A DNA stretch of 64,000 nt from Blasia pusilla (lineage: Eukaryota): assembly GCA_050084515.1 (NCBI GenBank), contig CM114271.1, forward strand, positions 34,472,001 through 34,536,000, written 5' to 3'. A program made the position numbers and the translations under genes. Positions 14,401-33,600 of this stretch are shown piece by piece. The notes under the pieces are model-generated. The model was not told the origin of the DNA. It searched no databases and saw only the letters and a list, made by a program, of their open reading frames with translations. Within the stretch, counting starts at the first letter, position 1; each line of letters begins with the position of its first letter.

Positions 14401-16707
14401 AGAGCCCTTGTTCTTTCTCGATATGTGATAGTGTATTGCAGAAGAACAGCTCCTATCCTGTGAAGGAAGAGGTCATCATGGCAGTTTTTCTCTCATTTTT
14501 GCATTCAGATAAGCTGCAAGCTGCAACTTTTGACGGAATATTTTGAACCCGGGCAGATTGCATGCAAGACAAAAAGCTTACTTTCTCCTCATACTTGTCC
14601 ACCTCCAGGTACCACCAGATGGGGAGTTCCCAGTGATGAACTACCGCATGACCCAGGAGTTCAAGCCACCTTTCAAAGTGATTCCTGTAATTGAGGAAGC
14701 TGGGCCATTCAAGGTTTGCAGATGTTCCACCTTATTTTGTGGATTAGCCCTTGTAAATGCAATTGAGTAAAGGTGCTAAAAGAGATTGTGTTCTCACAGG
14801 CGGAGGTAGTTTTGAAAGTTCGAGCTGACTTCCCTCAAAACGTGACTGCAAATACCGTCGTACTGCGGATACCTCTTCCAAAAACAACTTCAAGGTACAT
14901 GCTCTATTTAAACTCCAAATATGTTATGTTTGAAATATGATGTAGCTGTCTGCTAGAGGCAAAAGCAACCTTTACTGGGACTTTTTAGAGGAGCACGGAC
15001 AAATTAAGAAGATCAGAGGTAAGATGACACTAGAGATGTGAAAGAGAATGATGTGAATGAGATGTACATGCTTATGCACTGGTCACTGTACAAACTTGGA
15101 CCTGCAGTTGAAAGCTTGCAAGAATTTAGACCAGTTTCATGTGGATGGAATGTGTTTTGTCATCATCATATAAACTATACATGAAAGGAACTAGGATCTT
15201 CATTGTTTGATAAATATATAGGTCGTGCAAACAGATTCCTTGGAACTATCAACGCCATGAAGAATGATCTATGTGTTTTCAGGAAAAACTCTGGTGATTT
15301 ACCTGTTAGGTAAGTAACCTTAACACAATTTTGTGGTGATGCCAGAGTTAGCTTTGACCTGGAAGTGGGAGCCACGGGCCAATCTGCAGATTTTAAGGAG
15401 GCTACTAAAACCATTGAATGGTCCTGTAAAAAGGTATCACCCATTTTCTTGTAACACCTCTTGGCTTCATATTACAAAGTTTGCTTATCCACTGAGGTAT
15501 GTACTTTGAAAGTGATTGACTTTGAGTCACTCCATAGTGAAGGAGTCACCCCGATTAAATCACCTTGTGGACAGGATATAAACGACCCCTTAACAGTGAA
15601 CAATAGTAGTTTATAATAGGATCAACAAGGTCCATGGCCATTACCTGAAGTTGGGGTTGTGCCCCGCGGCGCCGACCCAGTCTCCATTCACCAATTGTTC
15701 CATAGTGTGGTGTGCCACATCTTACCTTCTGTACGACCTTGGTATTGTCTATTTAGGTATCTTGCATTGATGACGATGTCAGACTTTGGTGTGCATCATA
15801 GGTTGGATGGGACATCTATTGACATAATCTCGTCTCTATACTGTCGACAACAGTAATACCTGCATAATTTGGTTTTAAGGTGATCTGGTCCAGGGCTGCT
15901 TTCTTTAACCAAGTAATGGTGGTGTTAGTGTGATCAACTGAACTAACAGACTAACATGGCTCCAAATTTGGATCGATTTTGGTGGTTGCAGATTGTTGGA
16001 GGTTCAGAGCATACACTAAGAGCCAAGTTGACTCTAACTCAGGAGAAGAATAGTGAGCTCATGCTTCCTATTCGAAAATAATCTTGCAACCTTTAACATC
16101 TCTCTCTCTCTCTCCCTCTCTTTGTGTGTATGTTCTACCATGAAATGCTGTCAAGTTTTTCTGTGAAAATACGATGAGCTCTACGGTGGTTGGGATGTTC
16201 GCAAGTGATTTCAACAGAAAATTGGTATGTTTCATTATCTGTGAAATCCATATTGGATGATCAGCTCATGCCAAATTTTGCTGTCCCCACCTGTCTTCTT
16301 TGGGATGCAGTGAACATCAGAAAGGAAGCGGGTCCAATAAGCATGTCATTCACGATACCCATGTTCAACGCCTCAAAACTTACAGTATGTGATTTGTTCT
16401 CTTATGTTTTGGTTGTGAAAAGTTGCTAGCTGCAAAAGATGCGAGCCATGGTATTGAAGCAGCCATTTGTATCTAATGTGTTGTCATTGTTGTACCATAC
16501 GCCATCTACTTTGGTATAGCTGATATACTTGCAGATACATATTAGTAGCAGGAAATGAGTTATCAGCAATGCTTAGACTCTGAACTTGTTCCCTGTAATG
16601 TGGTGCAGGTCCGATATCTACAGGTTGTCAAAAAGTCAAAGTCTTACAACCCGTATCGCTGGGTTCGATATGTTACTCATTCCAACTCTTATGTGATTCG
16701 GACATGA
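11488..16707 (+). CDS. AP4M: AP-4 adaptor complex subunit mu. 13 exons: 11488-11545, 12107-12201, 12357-12560, 12784-12900, 13148-13276, 13441-13552, 14106-14212, 14609-14713, 14800-14894, 15346-15433, 15992-16052, 16311-16384, 16609-16707
   Basis: All introns are GT-AG and phases join into one open frame: MISQFFVLSLRGDNIVFRDYRGDV...KNFVLVYELLDEMIDFGYPQTT...ILDDCNFHESV...VPPDGEFPVMNYRMTQEF...NPYRWVRYVTHSNSYVIRT*. This matches the plant mu4-adaptin sequence as I recall it. Confidence 0.95.
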
Positions 16708-17677
16708 CATCCATAATAGCTCCCCAGTACACTGATTGGCAAGCTTCAGGACTTCTGTAGTGTAAAATGTTTATACCAAAATTTTCTCTTAGGTGGATAA
16801 GTAAGCAGGAAGGGGTCTCATGGGACGAATGTAACTTTCTGGCTTTTTCTGGCCATTAGGAGGCGAGGGCCTGTGGTGGACTGTCCTCAAGGATTCCTGG
16901 TGGAAACGAAAGAAGGCACAGTTTGACCAGTCAATAAAAGGAGGGATGGTTTTGGGCATGAGGATGTGGAATTCATCAGTAAAATGAATGTCCGTTGTTA
17001 AGCATCATTTGGTCATGGAGGTCATGTACCTGGTCCCATCTCTGTGGAAGGTCGAAGGATGCTAAGGTCAATTTGACATATAATGCCGAGACTCTTGCAA
17101 GCAAAACATGCTCTTGTGTTGTCAGCGTCTTGCCCAGTAGATACTGCACTGCAGCCTTGTTGAATGGCAAATCTCCGAGTGGAACCTCTTCTAAATATTC
17201 GAAATACTCCATGTTCGCGCACCATGAATTGTTGGCACACCAGATACATGGTCCTCTAGGCCATGTATCTGGTGTAAACGCTTCCAGTAAACGCCCTCCC
17301 CACTCCCTGCTTGCCTCAGCCTACACACTTTCAGATTAGCACCAAAAATCTTCTGCAACGTATGGTAACAATGTATCGGTTTCTCCATAACACTTCTCTC
17401 GAGATTCGAGGATCGTTCCTAGAAACGTACATGGCAAGTATGTTCCTCTCACGCCGAGCATAAAGTACACCGTCCAAAGTACTCGATGATGCCCGTGGAT
17501 GAGAGGTCTCGTCCTTCGCTTTCCACTAAGGCCGCGCCCTGGACCTACGAGATGCTGTGTGCCGACGTGTAGAAGCTCTGCGACGAGTCGCAGACAGTAG
17601 AACCCGAACAGCCATCGGTTACCATCCTCTTATCATCCTATCTGTCCAGTTTTGGAGCGCAGTAGAGCACTGGCGAA

Positions 17678-17773
17678 CTCTGCGTGCATAGCTTTAAATC
17701 GACTCTGCCCTGACAAACTCGGCGTGCGTAGCCTTAAATCGACTCAGTTTTGACGATTTCGGCGTACGTAGCC
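17678..17773. repeat. Degenerate 40-bp tandem repeat, about 2.4 units
   Basis: gcgtgcatagctttaaatcgactc / gcgtgcgtagccttaaatcgactc / gcgtacgtagcc recur at exactly 40-bp spacing (17682, 17722, 17762). Confidence 0.75.
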
Positions 17774-20700
17774 TCGTGACGGTTCATAATGGCAAATCTG
17801 TCAAACTCGCCGCAGGTCACACAGGTGTGAGTCTGTGACTCTGTGCCCCCCACCCCATCGCTCCCCGTCAGAGCGCCGGGAGGATTCCCAACTGTGGCTC
17901 CCAAGCAGTACTCGTTCATTCCTTGTTTCTTTCTCGTAGCCTCGTAGGTGCTGTTGTACACACTGCGCAGCTACAACATTCGGAGTCCGCTGTTGCAACA
18001 AAAGTATCATTCCGCCTTTTTCGAAGTCTTCCAAGAGCCTCTCCATCGGTAATTCGCCGATCGCTTTCGCTCCACTTCGGCACTTCTGGAAAGCCTTCAG
18101 TTATTCGTACTTTTTTAAAATTAGTAAATATAATTACAAGAAAAAATTACACAAACATAAAGATGTGGGAAAAGGGAATTTTTATGTTTCAATAATAATA
18201 ATAATAACCATAATAATAATAATACACGTGATGTTGTGAGAATTTCTCCTATCCACTCCAAGGGAGGAGGTGGAGTAATAGAGGGGAACACGGGGTGAAT
18301 TTTAAATTAAAATGAGAAAAGGGATTAGACAAAAATAATATGAATAATTAGATATACATATTTTTATTTTTATTTATATATATGTGGAGGGTTTTGAGTT
18401 TCCTAAAATGAGGTGTGGAGAATAGATGGAAACATGGGGTGAGTTTAAAATTAAAAGGAGAAAAGAATTTAGAGGAGATGATCATGTCATTGAAAAGAAA
18501 ACTAATCTCTTCCCAAGAGGAGGAGGATTTTTTTATTTTTAAAACACTAATCCTATAGAAGAACGCAAGGCTATAAAACGTTTCCTATGTTTGATATTTT
18601 TTAAATTGAAACACGGCCAAAACTACTCACATGGAAATGTCTTGAACGAAAAATTAAACCTAAAACAAAAGTAGTCTATAGTTTGGTAAGGTTGTGTCAC
18701 TATCTCATACAAAAGTGAGATAAGGTACATCATTCTTAGCTTCTTAGGGTGGGGTTCAACATCTTCCCCTAGTCTAACATATGGTGGTTAGATATCTTGC
18801 TATAGGTCGGTAAACACCTACAACTTTTCAATTCTTTCTCATTGAAATATTTTCGATAGAAAGGATGCTATATCGTAATACCCATTTTATTATAAAAACA
18901 AACCTCAAAAGAGGACAAAGAAAGGTAATAACATGTCCGATTTATGCAAAATGTCAAGAGTAGCATAAATGATCTAAATAGAAAATTTTCCATATAAAGA
19001 CAATGCTTGAAGACCTCCATGACATCATGGCGTCTCAAAGCTATTACGACAAAATTAATCGTTAAGACACTTAGGCCAACACCTACAAAAATATCACGCG
19101 GTTGGTAGGCAATCCTTTGATCAACTTATCATCAGCCAAAAGAAATTATGCACATTGTTTATAACTAACACTAGAAGTACCAACAATGACGTAAAGGTTA
19201 ATATCGGGTTTGGAGGGGGTGGTAAGAACTATATTATCGCCATGCCCCATCGATTGTGTTGAATCCGAAGAGGTCCATTTCAGATGCAGATATGTGGTCC
19301 CATTAATATGGAGGAATTATTTGTTGTGATTGATGCAAGTGTGAATAGAAAAAGCACCCACCTTAGGGGAAGGAGATAGATAGAAAAGGACCTTGGAGAA
19401 AGCGTAGGGTGACCTTAAAAAGAGTCCAGCATACCATGCAACACTCATGGAAGAGTGAGCATGAAGAATGCGATAGACATCTCTCACTTGAGGTGTTCAA
19501 GGGTAGTGATGGTCATTAATTGCATGGTTAAATTTTCGTTGTACTTTTTTTTTATAAATATGCGAATATTTTCTTTTTACCATATTTCAAAGAAAGTTTA
19601 CATTATTAAGTCTTTCAGTACCAATAAACTCAATGTATGATCTTAGCAAGTTTATAGAAGAGCCAAACATTGTAGGAAATTCAGTCTTGCTCTTCCTAGA
19701 TGCTCCTCAACCCTCCTATTCAACAAGGCTCACAAAATTGTAGAGAGCCATAATTAATTAATTAACTAACTAATAAACTTTGCAAGTCTTATAGCTAATT
19801 TCCCTAATGGCTCCATTATGTCATCGTCCTCACAACTCTCTACATTGACTATATTTATGTAGTCTTTTTAGGCCCGGAAGAGTTGGATTGAGGATGGTCT
19901 CAAGTGGTTTCAAGGAAATCTTGACCCTCCAAATTCCATCTTGCCATTCACAATTGGAACCCATCTTCTATAGGATTACACTATCACACGCTCATCGCTA
20001 AACAACCCTAAACAGTAAATATCGGACAAGTTTCATTACAAATGTTACTTATGCAATTCAACTTGTCTTTTTTCGTTACCTTGTCAATTATAGCCTTTGA
20101 ATTTTCTATTGCCAAAATCCCCCTTTTGATGGTTTATCCCATACCGACTTATCCACGTTACCTTTCTCCTTCTCTCACTGACATGAACCATCAACCAAGT
20201 TCTCTTATTTCATCCTCTTTCAACTCGTGTTGCATCTAATGAATTGACTTCGAAAGAGGCCCTCTCTAACAACTCTAAAAGCGACAACCAACTGCTAAAA
20301 ATGAACGATAGAAAATACAAGGAAGGAAGAAAAAAACGAAAGGAGACCGACCTAGTCCTAAATAATTATATCTCCACATCTATTCCTACGAGTTAGGTAC
20401 CACCGCCACATCGTACTTTTCAGGATTAAACAATGCTCTATTTTACAGCTCCTCCACCAATACAATCCCTATGTCGTTCTTGGGATACTTGGCTCATACC
20501 ATCTACGCTAATGGGACCAATACGTCTAAGCGTTTGAAGTTGCGATATTAATATCCACTTTATTATAAAAACAAAGCGTGTGAAGTTGCGATATGGCTAT
20601 GTGATACTTGTTTTCTTTTTTTAACATGGGCTTATGGTTTCTTGTTTTTCCATGCGCGTGGTTTTCTCTGGCTTTGGTTTCTTGTGGGTCATTAAGTTTG

Positions 20701-21496
20701 TTACTAGTTCTTTTGTAAATAGTACTTGCTTAATAACACCATCGCTATAGGCGCTTTATTCATTAGCTGCTCATTTCTAAGGAGCTTCATGAAATTACTA
20801 TTATGGTTGTCTAGCTTGGATATCAACGAGTAAGAGATGGGGACAAAACGATTTTAAGAGGAGAATGGAGAGTCACTCGGAAGGCATTATTTCTATTTAT
20901 ATTCCACCTTCAATTTTTTTTTTCCTTAAAATCCTTCAATTTTTTTCTTATAAATTAATAAGAAAAATCAGAAATGCTTAAGTTTACCATCACATATTAG
21001 CGTAGTGATTACACCACAGACAGAACCACACAACATATATTACAAGCCTGCAAGAATTATTGTTAAGCTCGGATCAACTGTATAGTCAATGTTCGGAAGG
21101 TGATACGGCGCACAGTTACGCACATGGTCCTTCCAAACCATACCATCACGTCCCTCCAATAAGAGAACACCTGATGACAAAACCTCACACACTCTCAAGA
21201 TGGTGCGCCCCGTAGTCACATCCAACGTCGTAGGTGCCGTCTGCTGCAAGTAGATATAGTCTCCCTGATGAAACCTCTGGATAGTAGGTCAATAACCACC
21301 CCGAATAGTCGCATACCTCAATGTATCCCGATGTTGCGCAATCACCAAGTTCTCAAACGCCATGGGCATCACTCTCCAAAAAAAGTCAGCCCTCTGAGGA
21401 CATGCTCGTATCCATACATCATGGTCATCAAGGTTCAACAACTCACCAACATCTCGACAAATGGCCGCACTGCTGAGCCGCATATGAAGGCGCAGG

Positions 21497-21849
21497 TGTA
21501 ATCATCCTTTGTTAGTCATAGTTAAGTTAGAATCTATGACATGAAGCGCATAAGTGAGAAAGAATCAACCAAAAAGAGAAAAGACAAGATATATGAGATA
21601 AAGATGAGAGTGGGGCCATAGGTTGGTGAAAAGGAAGATAAGGATGAGGTTGAGGAAGATGAGGTTGGGACATTAGACTCCAAAGGAGATCCTCTCATGC
21701 TATGAGAGTAGGACACATGACATAAGGATATGTAGAGCTAATTTGTCTTCATTGTACCTATTTCTAAGTATATAAAGGAAGAGGAGAGGCCTTGAGGGCA
21801 TTCTACCTTTGAGCAACTCTAGAATGGTTCCGTGAGCTGGAGAGTTATA
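21497..21849 (+). repeat. Chromovirus 5' LTR
   Basis: Direct repeat of 27187-27538, with a TATA-like tatataaagg. Confidence 0.93.
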
Positions 21850-22479
21850 ATAGTATTATAGTAAGGTTGATCTTCCAACGAGAGTGGATTCCCCCTCTTG
21901 GAAGGATGACCAAGTAATGATACATTGTTTAGAGTAGATAGGTTGTTAGAGGCTGGAAGTGGCTATTGAGTTACAAGTAGAGTAAGGGGGAAAGGTTGTT
22001 TTTCAGATAATGGATGGATAGGAAGCGAGAGTGGCTCATAATTTTCCGTTTCTTAATCCGTTCATCATCAAACTCTTATATGTAGATAGACAATGGTTCA
22101 CGAGATACCTCGTATATCACTTTGGTGAAGTTTTCATGACGCAAGTGATGGAGTCTCGATATCCGGTGATCCTTCCTATTATAACATATGATCGTGTATG
22201 GGATTGCACTATTTATATATATTTTTAGAGGAGATATGGGGAATGGATTTGAATAGGCCTCCACAAGTATTTTTTAACACTCGATGTATAGTCCATGTGG
22301 TTTGTCAACCTAAGATAGCATATAGAGAGTTTATGGTGAGGAAGTTTGATCAAGAGTATTATGATGAAGTCATTGCGTCAACATTGCCTTTTGTAGTCCT
22401 TATTATGCGAAATTGGCAGTGTATATCTTGATCTTATATTAGAGTGATAGTAAAGGGTCAGGGGAAAGTTGGAGCGATC

Positions 22480-27150
<4,671 letters not shown>

Positions 27151-27186
27151 ACAATGGGGACGTTGTGTCTTAAATGGGGGGAGGTT

Positions 27187-27538
27187 TGTAACCATCTTTT
27201 GTTAGTCATAATTTAGTTAGAATCTATAACATGAAGCGTATAAGTGGGAAAGAATCAAGCAAAAAGAGAAAAGACAAGATACATGAGATAAAGATGAGAG
27301 TGAGGCCATAGGTTGGTAAAAATGAAGATAAGGATGAGGTTGAGGAAGAGGAGGTTGGGACATTAGATTCCAAAGGATATCCTCTCATGGTATGAGAATA
27401 GGACACGTGGCATAAGGATGGGTAGAGCTAATTTATCTTCATTGTACCTATCTCTCAGTATATAAAGGAAGAGGAGAGGTCTTGAGGCATTCTACCTTTG
27501 AGCAACTCTAAAGTGGTTCCGTGAGCTGGAGAGTTACA
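27187..27538 (+). repeat. Chromovirus 3' LTR
   Basis: Direct repeat of the 5' LTR; ends ttaca and is followed by the TSD. Confidence 0.93.
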
Positions 27539-30500
27539 GCAGGTCTCTGTAGGACGGCCTCCCCGTATCCTCCCTGAGCTTGTGGTGCTAGAGTCGACAT
27601 ATCTCGGAGTCCACGTTGCTGCGCTGGTGGTGTAGACAATCGTGACTGCTCTCGCCCAGAACCCATGGTGGCTACGCTCTCCTCCTCCATGTTGCGCTCA
27701 ATGTTCTCGGCGGTCCTAAAAACATCTCTCAATGTAGGGGAGATGTTCATAAGAAGCACCCCCTCCCGCACCCGTGTCTGCAGGGTCTAGTCCAACATCG
27801 CGTACCATGACTCGATAGCCTAAGCCTCTATCACCCTCTGAGAGACGTTGATCAACCGACGCAAGTGAGTGGAAGCCTCACGCAAACTCTCACCTAGGCG
27901 TCTCTGGAAGTCATGGATGCTCCGCAACTTCTCCGTCCGTATCCCCTTGGTAGCTCGCCCTCAACTCAACAAAGAACTCAACCACGGGGTTGAACTTGGG
28001 ACAGACCCGACTAGACGGTGCAACTGCTCTGGTACGAATGACCCCTCCTAAAACATCACCAGTGGAAGAGGAAGTAGCGTCTCCTGACTCCTCTTTCTCA
28101 TCTGGGAATGGCTCCGTCCATGACATATAGTGTGGGTTATAGTAGAGTCACCATGCCTCAATCTCCTAGGCATATTCTGTGGGAGAACTCATAGTAATCG
28201 TCCGTGGGCGGCCCCTCTAAATGATGGAACATATCGTTCCATGCTGTAAACGGGTTGAACTCTCTAAAGTTCCTAGCCCGTTGTGAGTCACACCAACTCC
28301 TAAACTCCGCAATGAAGTTGTGTCGCTCTATAATGTCTACAACACCCGAAAACCTATGCGGTCCTCTACCCCGGTCGTCCATCTCATACGCCCAACTGGT
28401 AAGACCACTTAATGTGTACGGTGGATCACTAAAACACTCCTCATCATGCTCCCCCTCGTCTAAAGATGACATAGAAGGAGATCAAGGTGGTCTCTAAGGT
28501 GGAGATCCTCGAAACCTCGCACAACTTCGGGTAAACCCTCTAGAGCTACTCTCAGGTCCACTACCTCACCTCCCAAAATCCCGAAAGGACGCCGTGATGG
28601 CCCTTGTACCCCTCTCACACGATCACTCTCAATCTCGTGAGTAATCCCTCAATGACTCAAACTAAACATGCGGCACTCAATCTACACTCTCTTACTGAGA
28701 TGTGTGTTGTGCGGCAACAAGTAGCGTGGTGCGGCAAATCAACTTATCTATCATCTCATCGACAAACCATCCTCAACTCTGGACATCCATACAGGTCTTT
28801 GTCCCCTAAAACCATACATCATCAATACTCTCAGAATCAACATGAAACCCAATATCCCAAATAACTTCCCAATACTCAAAAAATCCCTCACACGTGCAGG
28901 GTAAGAGACCAAAATGGGTAACCTGACAATAATGTCGATGTCGCTACTCGGCAACTGTAAATCTCGATCCTAACTCGGTCATGAAGACAACTCCTCCAAT
29001 CAACAAGTCATACTCCTCTCGTACTGACGCAGCTCAAACCTCCTCGATTTGCGATGCAGGTCCAGCGGCCCAGTGCGACACTGACGGCATGGAACGGCTA
29101 CAAACGGCACGGCACTCGGGAATGGGGTACGGCACTCGGCGACATACCCTCCTCAATCAGTAATTCACACGCTCCTTAGTGAAGGAGCGGCTCCGCAATC
29201 GAGACGGTGCGGCCACGAGCGGCACGACATGGCAATTGGCGGCGCGTTGCGGCTATGGGCGTCATATCACGGTACTCGATCGTCGTCGAGCGGCTACCAA
29301 TCACAACATAGCAGTATGAAATGAAAACTCAAACACCATAACCCGAGGTCACCTGCCATCACTGGTTGGTGACGAAAGTACGATGACGATGGCGGTCAAA
29401 ATAAAGCACGTGGTGGCGGAGCAAGTCAAAGAATCAACGGTCATCGTGGAAGACCCTCCACTCCATAATGGCGGCAATGGCAACCAAGGGTGGACAACGG
29501 CCGAACGCGGCTCTGAGTGGTGCTAAGCGGCGACGATAGCCAACAATGGATGGTGGTTGTTGGACCATTGACGATGAAGATTGACTGTTGACAGTGGACC
29601 GTTGACGGCGACTATGACGGCGACGTCCGCCGTCGGCGTGGCGGCCGGTCTAGGGTTTGAATAATTTAACCCTAAAAATCGCCTAACAATGGCAATTTTG
29701 CAAGATTTACCATAACTTTTTGCTCGCAACTTCAAATTGCACACCGTGTACAGCTTTACGATCTACGAAAACGTAAAAAAATTTGAATTGTACATTCCAG
29801 TAAAAATTGATGGGGATTGTTGTAACTCCCAATGTCTCTTTCTCCTACACAAAATTTGGCAGGGCTTCCGCGTTGATTTCTCCCAACAAAAATGTAAAAC
29901 CTATGAGAACATAAATCAAAAAGCTACATGGTGCTCTTAAGAGCACTAGCATAGAGCAATCTGCCCCCATACTCAATTCCTATTGAAAATTGGCCAGCGC
30001 TTCCGCGTGCCACTCTCCTGTACAAAAAATCAGCAAAGCAAAACAACAAACTCACAGGGGTCTTGCTCCGATGAGCACTTCCAGGAGCCATGAAGTGAGG
30101 AATACAGTCCCCCAAACTGCACCAAACATTGAGCAACCAGCAAGCTCCCCCATGAAGCTCTCTCACTCACTCATTCTCTCTTTGTAAAATAAGATCCAAT
30201 CTCTCTCAACACCATTGCTCTCAAATGTGTGCTCACATGTGTCTCTCAATGTCAAACCAAAACCACTCTCCTAATGAGAGGCTTGGGTTACACACACAAG
30301 GCAAACAAGACCATAGCTCCGTCGCCTCATGGCAAGAGGTTCAACAACGAGAGAATGAGCTCTTAAGATCTCTCTCCTTGAGGTATACCCCTCCCCTCTC
30401 CCACACTCTCTCCATGGTAACCTATGCTCCCAAGTCACCTCCTTGGCTCTTAACCTGATGTAGGAGGTCAAGGGTCACTTACCAAAAATAGAAACTTGAC

Positions 30501-30696
30501 CATATGTTCAAAATGGTACTTACCTAAAATAGTAAGTTCTTCAATATGGCTCCAAATGAGCCGAAACAAAGGGGAAATCTGCTCTCTAAGGTTTTTGGGG
30601 GCCTCAACAGGTCATCCTTGACCTCCTCAACATGTCCTCCACTACTCGAAAAGGTGCTCTACTAGATCTCACCGATCTATCCTAAAAGATGTGACA

Positions 30697-33600
30697 TGTC
30701 CGTGCGATGTATGGTATGAAATATCAATAAGAAGAAATTTATTCCACTAAATTATTTCTTTATACACCATATTTCGTGTGAAGTATGCTTTTTCATTTGA
30801 AAGTGCGTCACTTCCTATTGTTAAATTAATTGCCTTTTTTATCCTACTCTTGACAATGCTACATATAATTGACCATGAGAAAATACTGATGTAGATAAGT
30901 AAATTCCTATCTTTTTGAAAGTTTGAACTTGAGATTTATTGATAGTCATGGCAAAAGCAGGACGAATAGGAAATTGAAATCTACGTAGATCAAAAAGTAA
31001 ACCCGAGTTTGATGCAATCAATGGGATTCGTGGAATAAAGACTCTATCTCCAATGTTCTTTCCTCTGATAATTTCAGCATCAATGACATTTTGCATGAAT
31101 CCACGGATCACCAATCGAGTTCCATTGGCGTGTCATTTTGAACCATTCAAGCTTCGTAAAAGCATGATAGGTGCACCAATTTTCAAGCTTAAACGATGTG
31201 GTGGTAAACGTGACGGTAAGCGTGTATTTAGGAATTCTATCGGATAGATATAACTCATTCCCTCATCCGGAATGGAATCAAAATTAAGGTAAGTATGTTT
31301 CTGCATAGAACAAACATATCTTAGAAGATGACTTTAGTTTTGACACATAATCTAATTTGAGTAATTGTGAAGAAAATGACATGAAATTTTTTTGAAAACC
31401 AATATTACTTCTCCATAGAATCGAGACATGACTTCTGCATTGATGTCATCAACATCTCAATTTTTTGGTGTAAGAATTAGTGTATCTCTTAAGATTTTGA
31501 TGTCATGAAACTTTTCATAATCATTTCCATAGATGTTGTTAATAAGATTACTTATATTCTTACTCTTGGTCATCATGTCATTTGGCAATAGTATAAAATC
31601 CTCTCCCAAGTGAGATTCTGAAGGCACACGACCCTCTCCAACCTCGAGTGACCAATTTGCAAAAGCTTATTGTTGTACACGAATGTTCACCTCCAAATTT
31701 TGAACTCTCAAATTTATTGTAAGCTTTGTTACCCTCACATGAGACCATAAATATGACCTCTTAAATGTAGCTTGAATAATTTTTGGACGGTCTCCAAGTC
31801 TTCTGATACCACTCCCATGATATCTTGAAAGGATTGATTTATAGCCTCAAATGCATGGCAATGAGTCATTGGTGCCTCATCCCATATGGTAAGCCATAGC
31901 CTTTGAATCAAGCGCACAACTTAGCTATTAACAGGTAAACTATAAAAAAACATACCAAAAGATATTAGTATGTTGGGAAAATTTTATCTTTACAACATTA
32001 AAAGAGTTACAAAGTCATGAAATGGCTTAATACTTACTTGCAAGTGGATTTTACATCTTCATTAATGGGAATCTTGAAACTTGAGTACGAAGTGCGTCCT
32101 CTGTTTAACAACAAAGTTGTTGTTCCCGATGAAGCGATAGCTAAAGCTATCACTCCAACACCTCGTACACTTGCAAGAAGAAGATTGTATAAAAAGGATT
32201 TTCTTGTTCCACCAGACTCGTCAATGAAGAAAAAATTTTAAGTAGAAGAAATATCACGAGCAATAATGCTAAAAGTTTATCGTATATAGCATCCCAAATC
32301 AACCCTTTTCCATTAGTCAAAATTTCCTCTCCTAACCTAGCTTGTTCATGTAGGTCATCTCAATCATACATGAGATCTTTTGCTTCCAAATACGAATATG
32401 AAGATGAAGCTTGGAAATATGCTTCAGGCATATATGGGAAATCGGATAATCGTTTTCCTTGATCTTGCAAATGGTAGTGGATATCCAATAACTTTGTGTT
32501 AATAATTAAAGCGTCTGGAGCAAGATTATGAATCCTTGTTTTTTTGCATGTAGAAAATGATTTGGGAATAAGTCCAAAAGAAAAAGGCAGAAATATGAAT
32601 TATTATCATAGAAATAGGAATAGGAATTACCTTACGTCGTTCATAAAAGATATCCTCTATGAGTGGGATAAAAAACTGACTCAATAGTTGAGCAGGTCGA
32701 GTTGGGGTGTTGTAAGTGAGAATAATAGCAAAGAGTTGATGGAGCGTACAACCTGTGCGGATTTCTGATGCTTCTTAAAAGCATGAGAACACTTTCCTAT
32801 CATCCTCAAGAAGCCCCATTTGAATAGTGGCCTCCTTAAATGTTGGATATAGCACTCCTTGCACAGATCTCAAGTATTCATACATAGTTGCGCCTCGAGC
32901 ATGATGAAGCAGTAACCGTAACCAATATCGTTCTCCTTCACCTATGAAAACTTGAATGTAATCGCTTAATATACCAAACATGAAAGTGATCAAAAGGATG
33001 CTTGAAAATTTACGTAATTTGTAAGTACATTATGGAAATTTCAAACATATTTACCTGGGGGAGTAAGATATAAGCGACCAATGGGATGACCATAACCATT
33101 TCTCCTTTGAATTCTATGATTCCATTTTTTTTAGTCCAATGATGATAGGAAGGAAACTCGATGTATAGATATTTTTGAGCCTCCAAATCTAACTGATTAG
33201 TTGCAAACCATTTTTTAAGAGTTGTCTTCCTATTCCTTTGTAGTATTCCCTCAACATTATCGTGATCATTGAAGAAAATGGTTTGTAACTCGAGTAGATG
33301 AGCTGCCAACCTTACAATACTTAGATATTCTGAACAATCTCCAACATGCTTCAGAGGAAGAAACATATCTATATATATGATACAAAAAAATGTTGAAAAG
33401 AAATTAGTAAAGTGTGATATGTTCTCGAATGTAGACATATTGAAGAATGAAAAAAAATCACAAAAGAGTCACTATCTTGCATGAAGATAATATAATGTTT
33501 CATCGATTTGCCTCCTTGTCATTTCAGTGGTTGCCTCATTTGAAACTTTAAATGATATCGCATCCGATCCATTATATACATATTTGTATAAATATTTCAC

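Noticed and set aside
18899-18934. 36-bp match to 60599-60633, and a ~60-bp local duplication at 18267/18410
   Set aside because: Short AT-rich repeat fragments with no assignable element.
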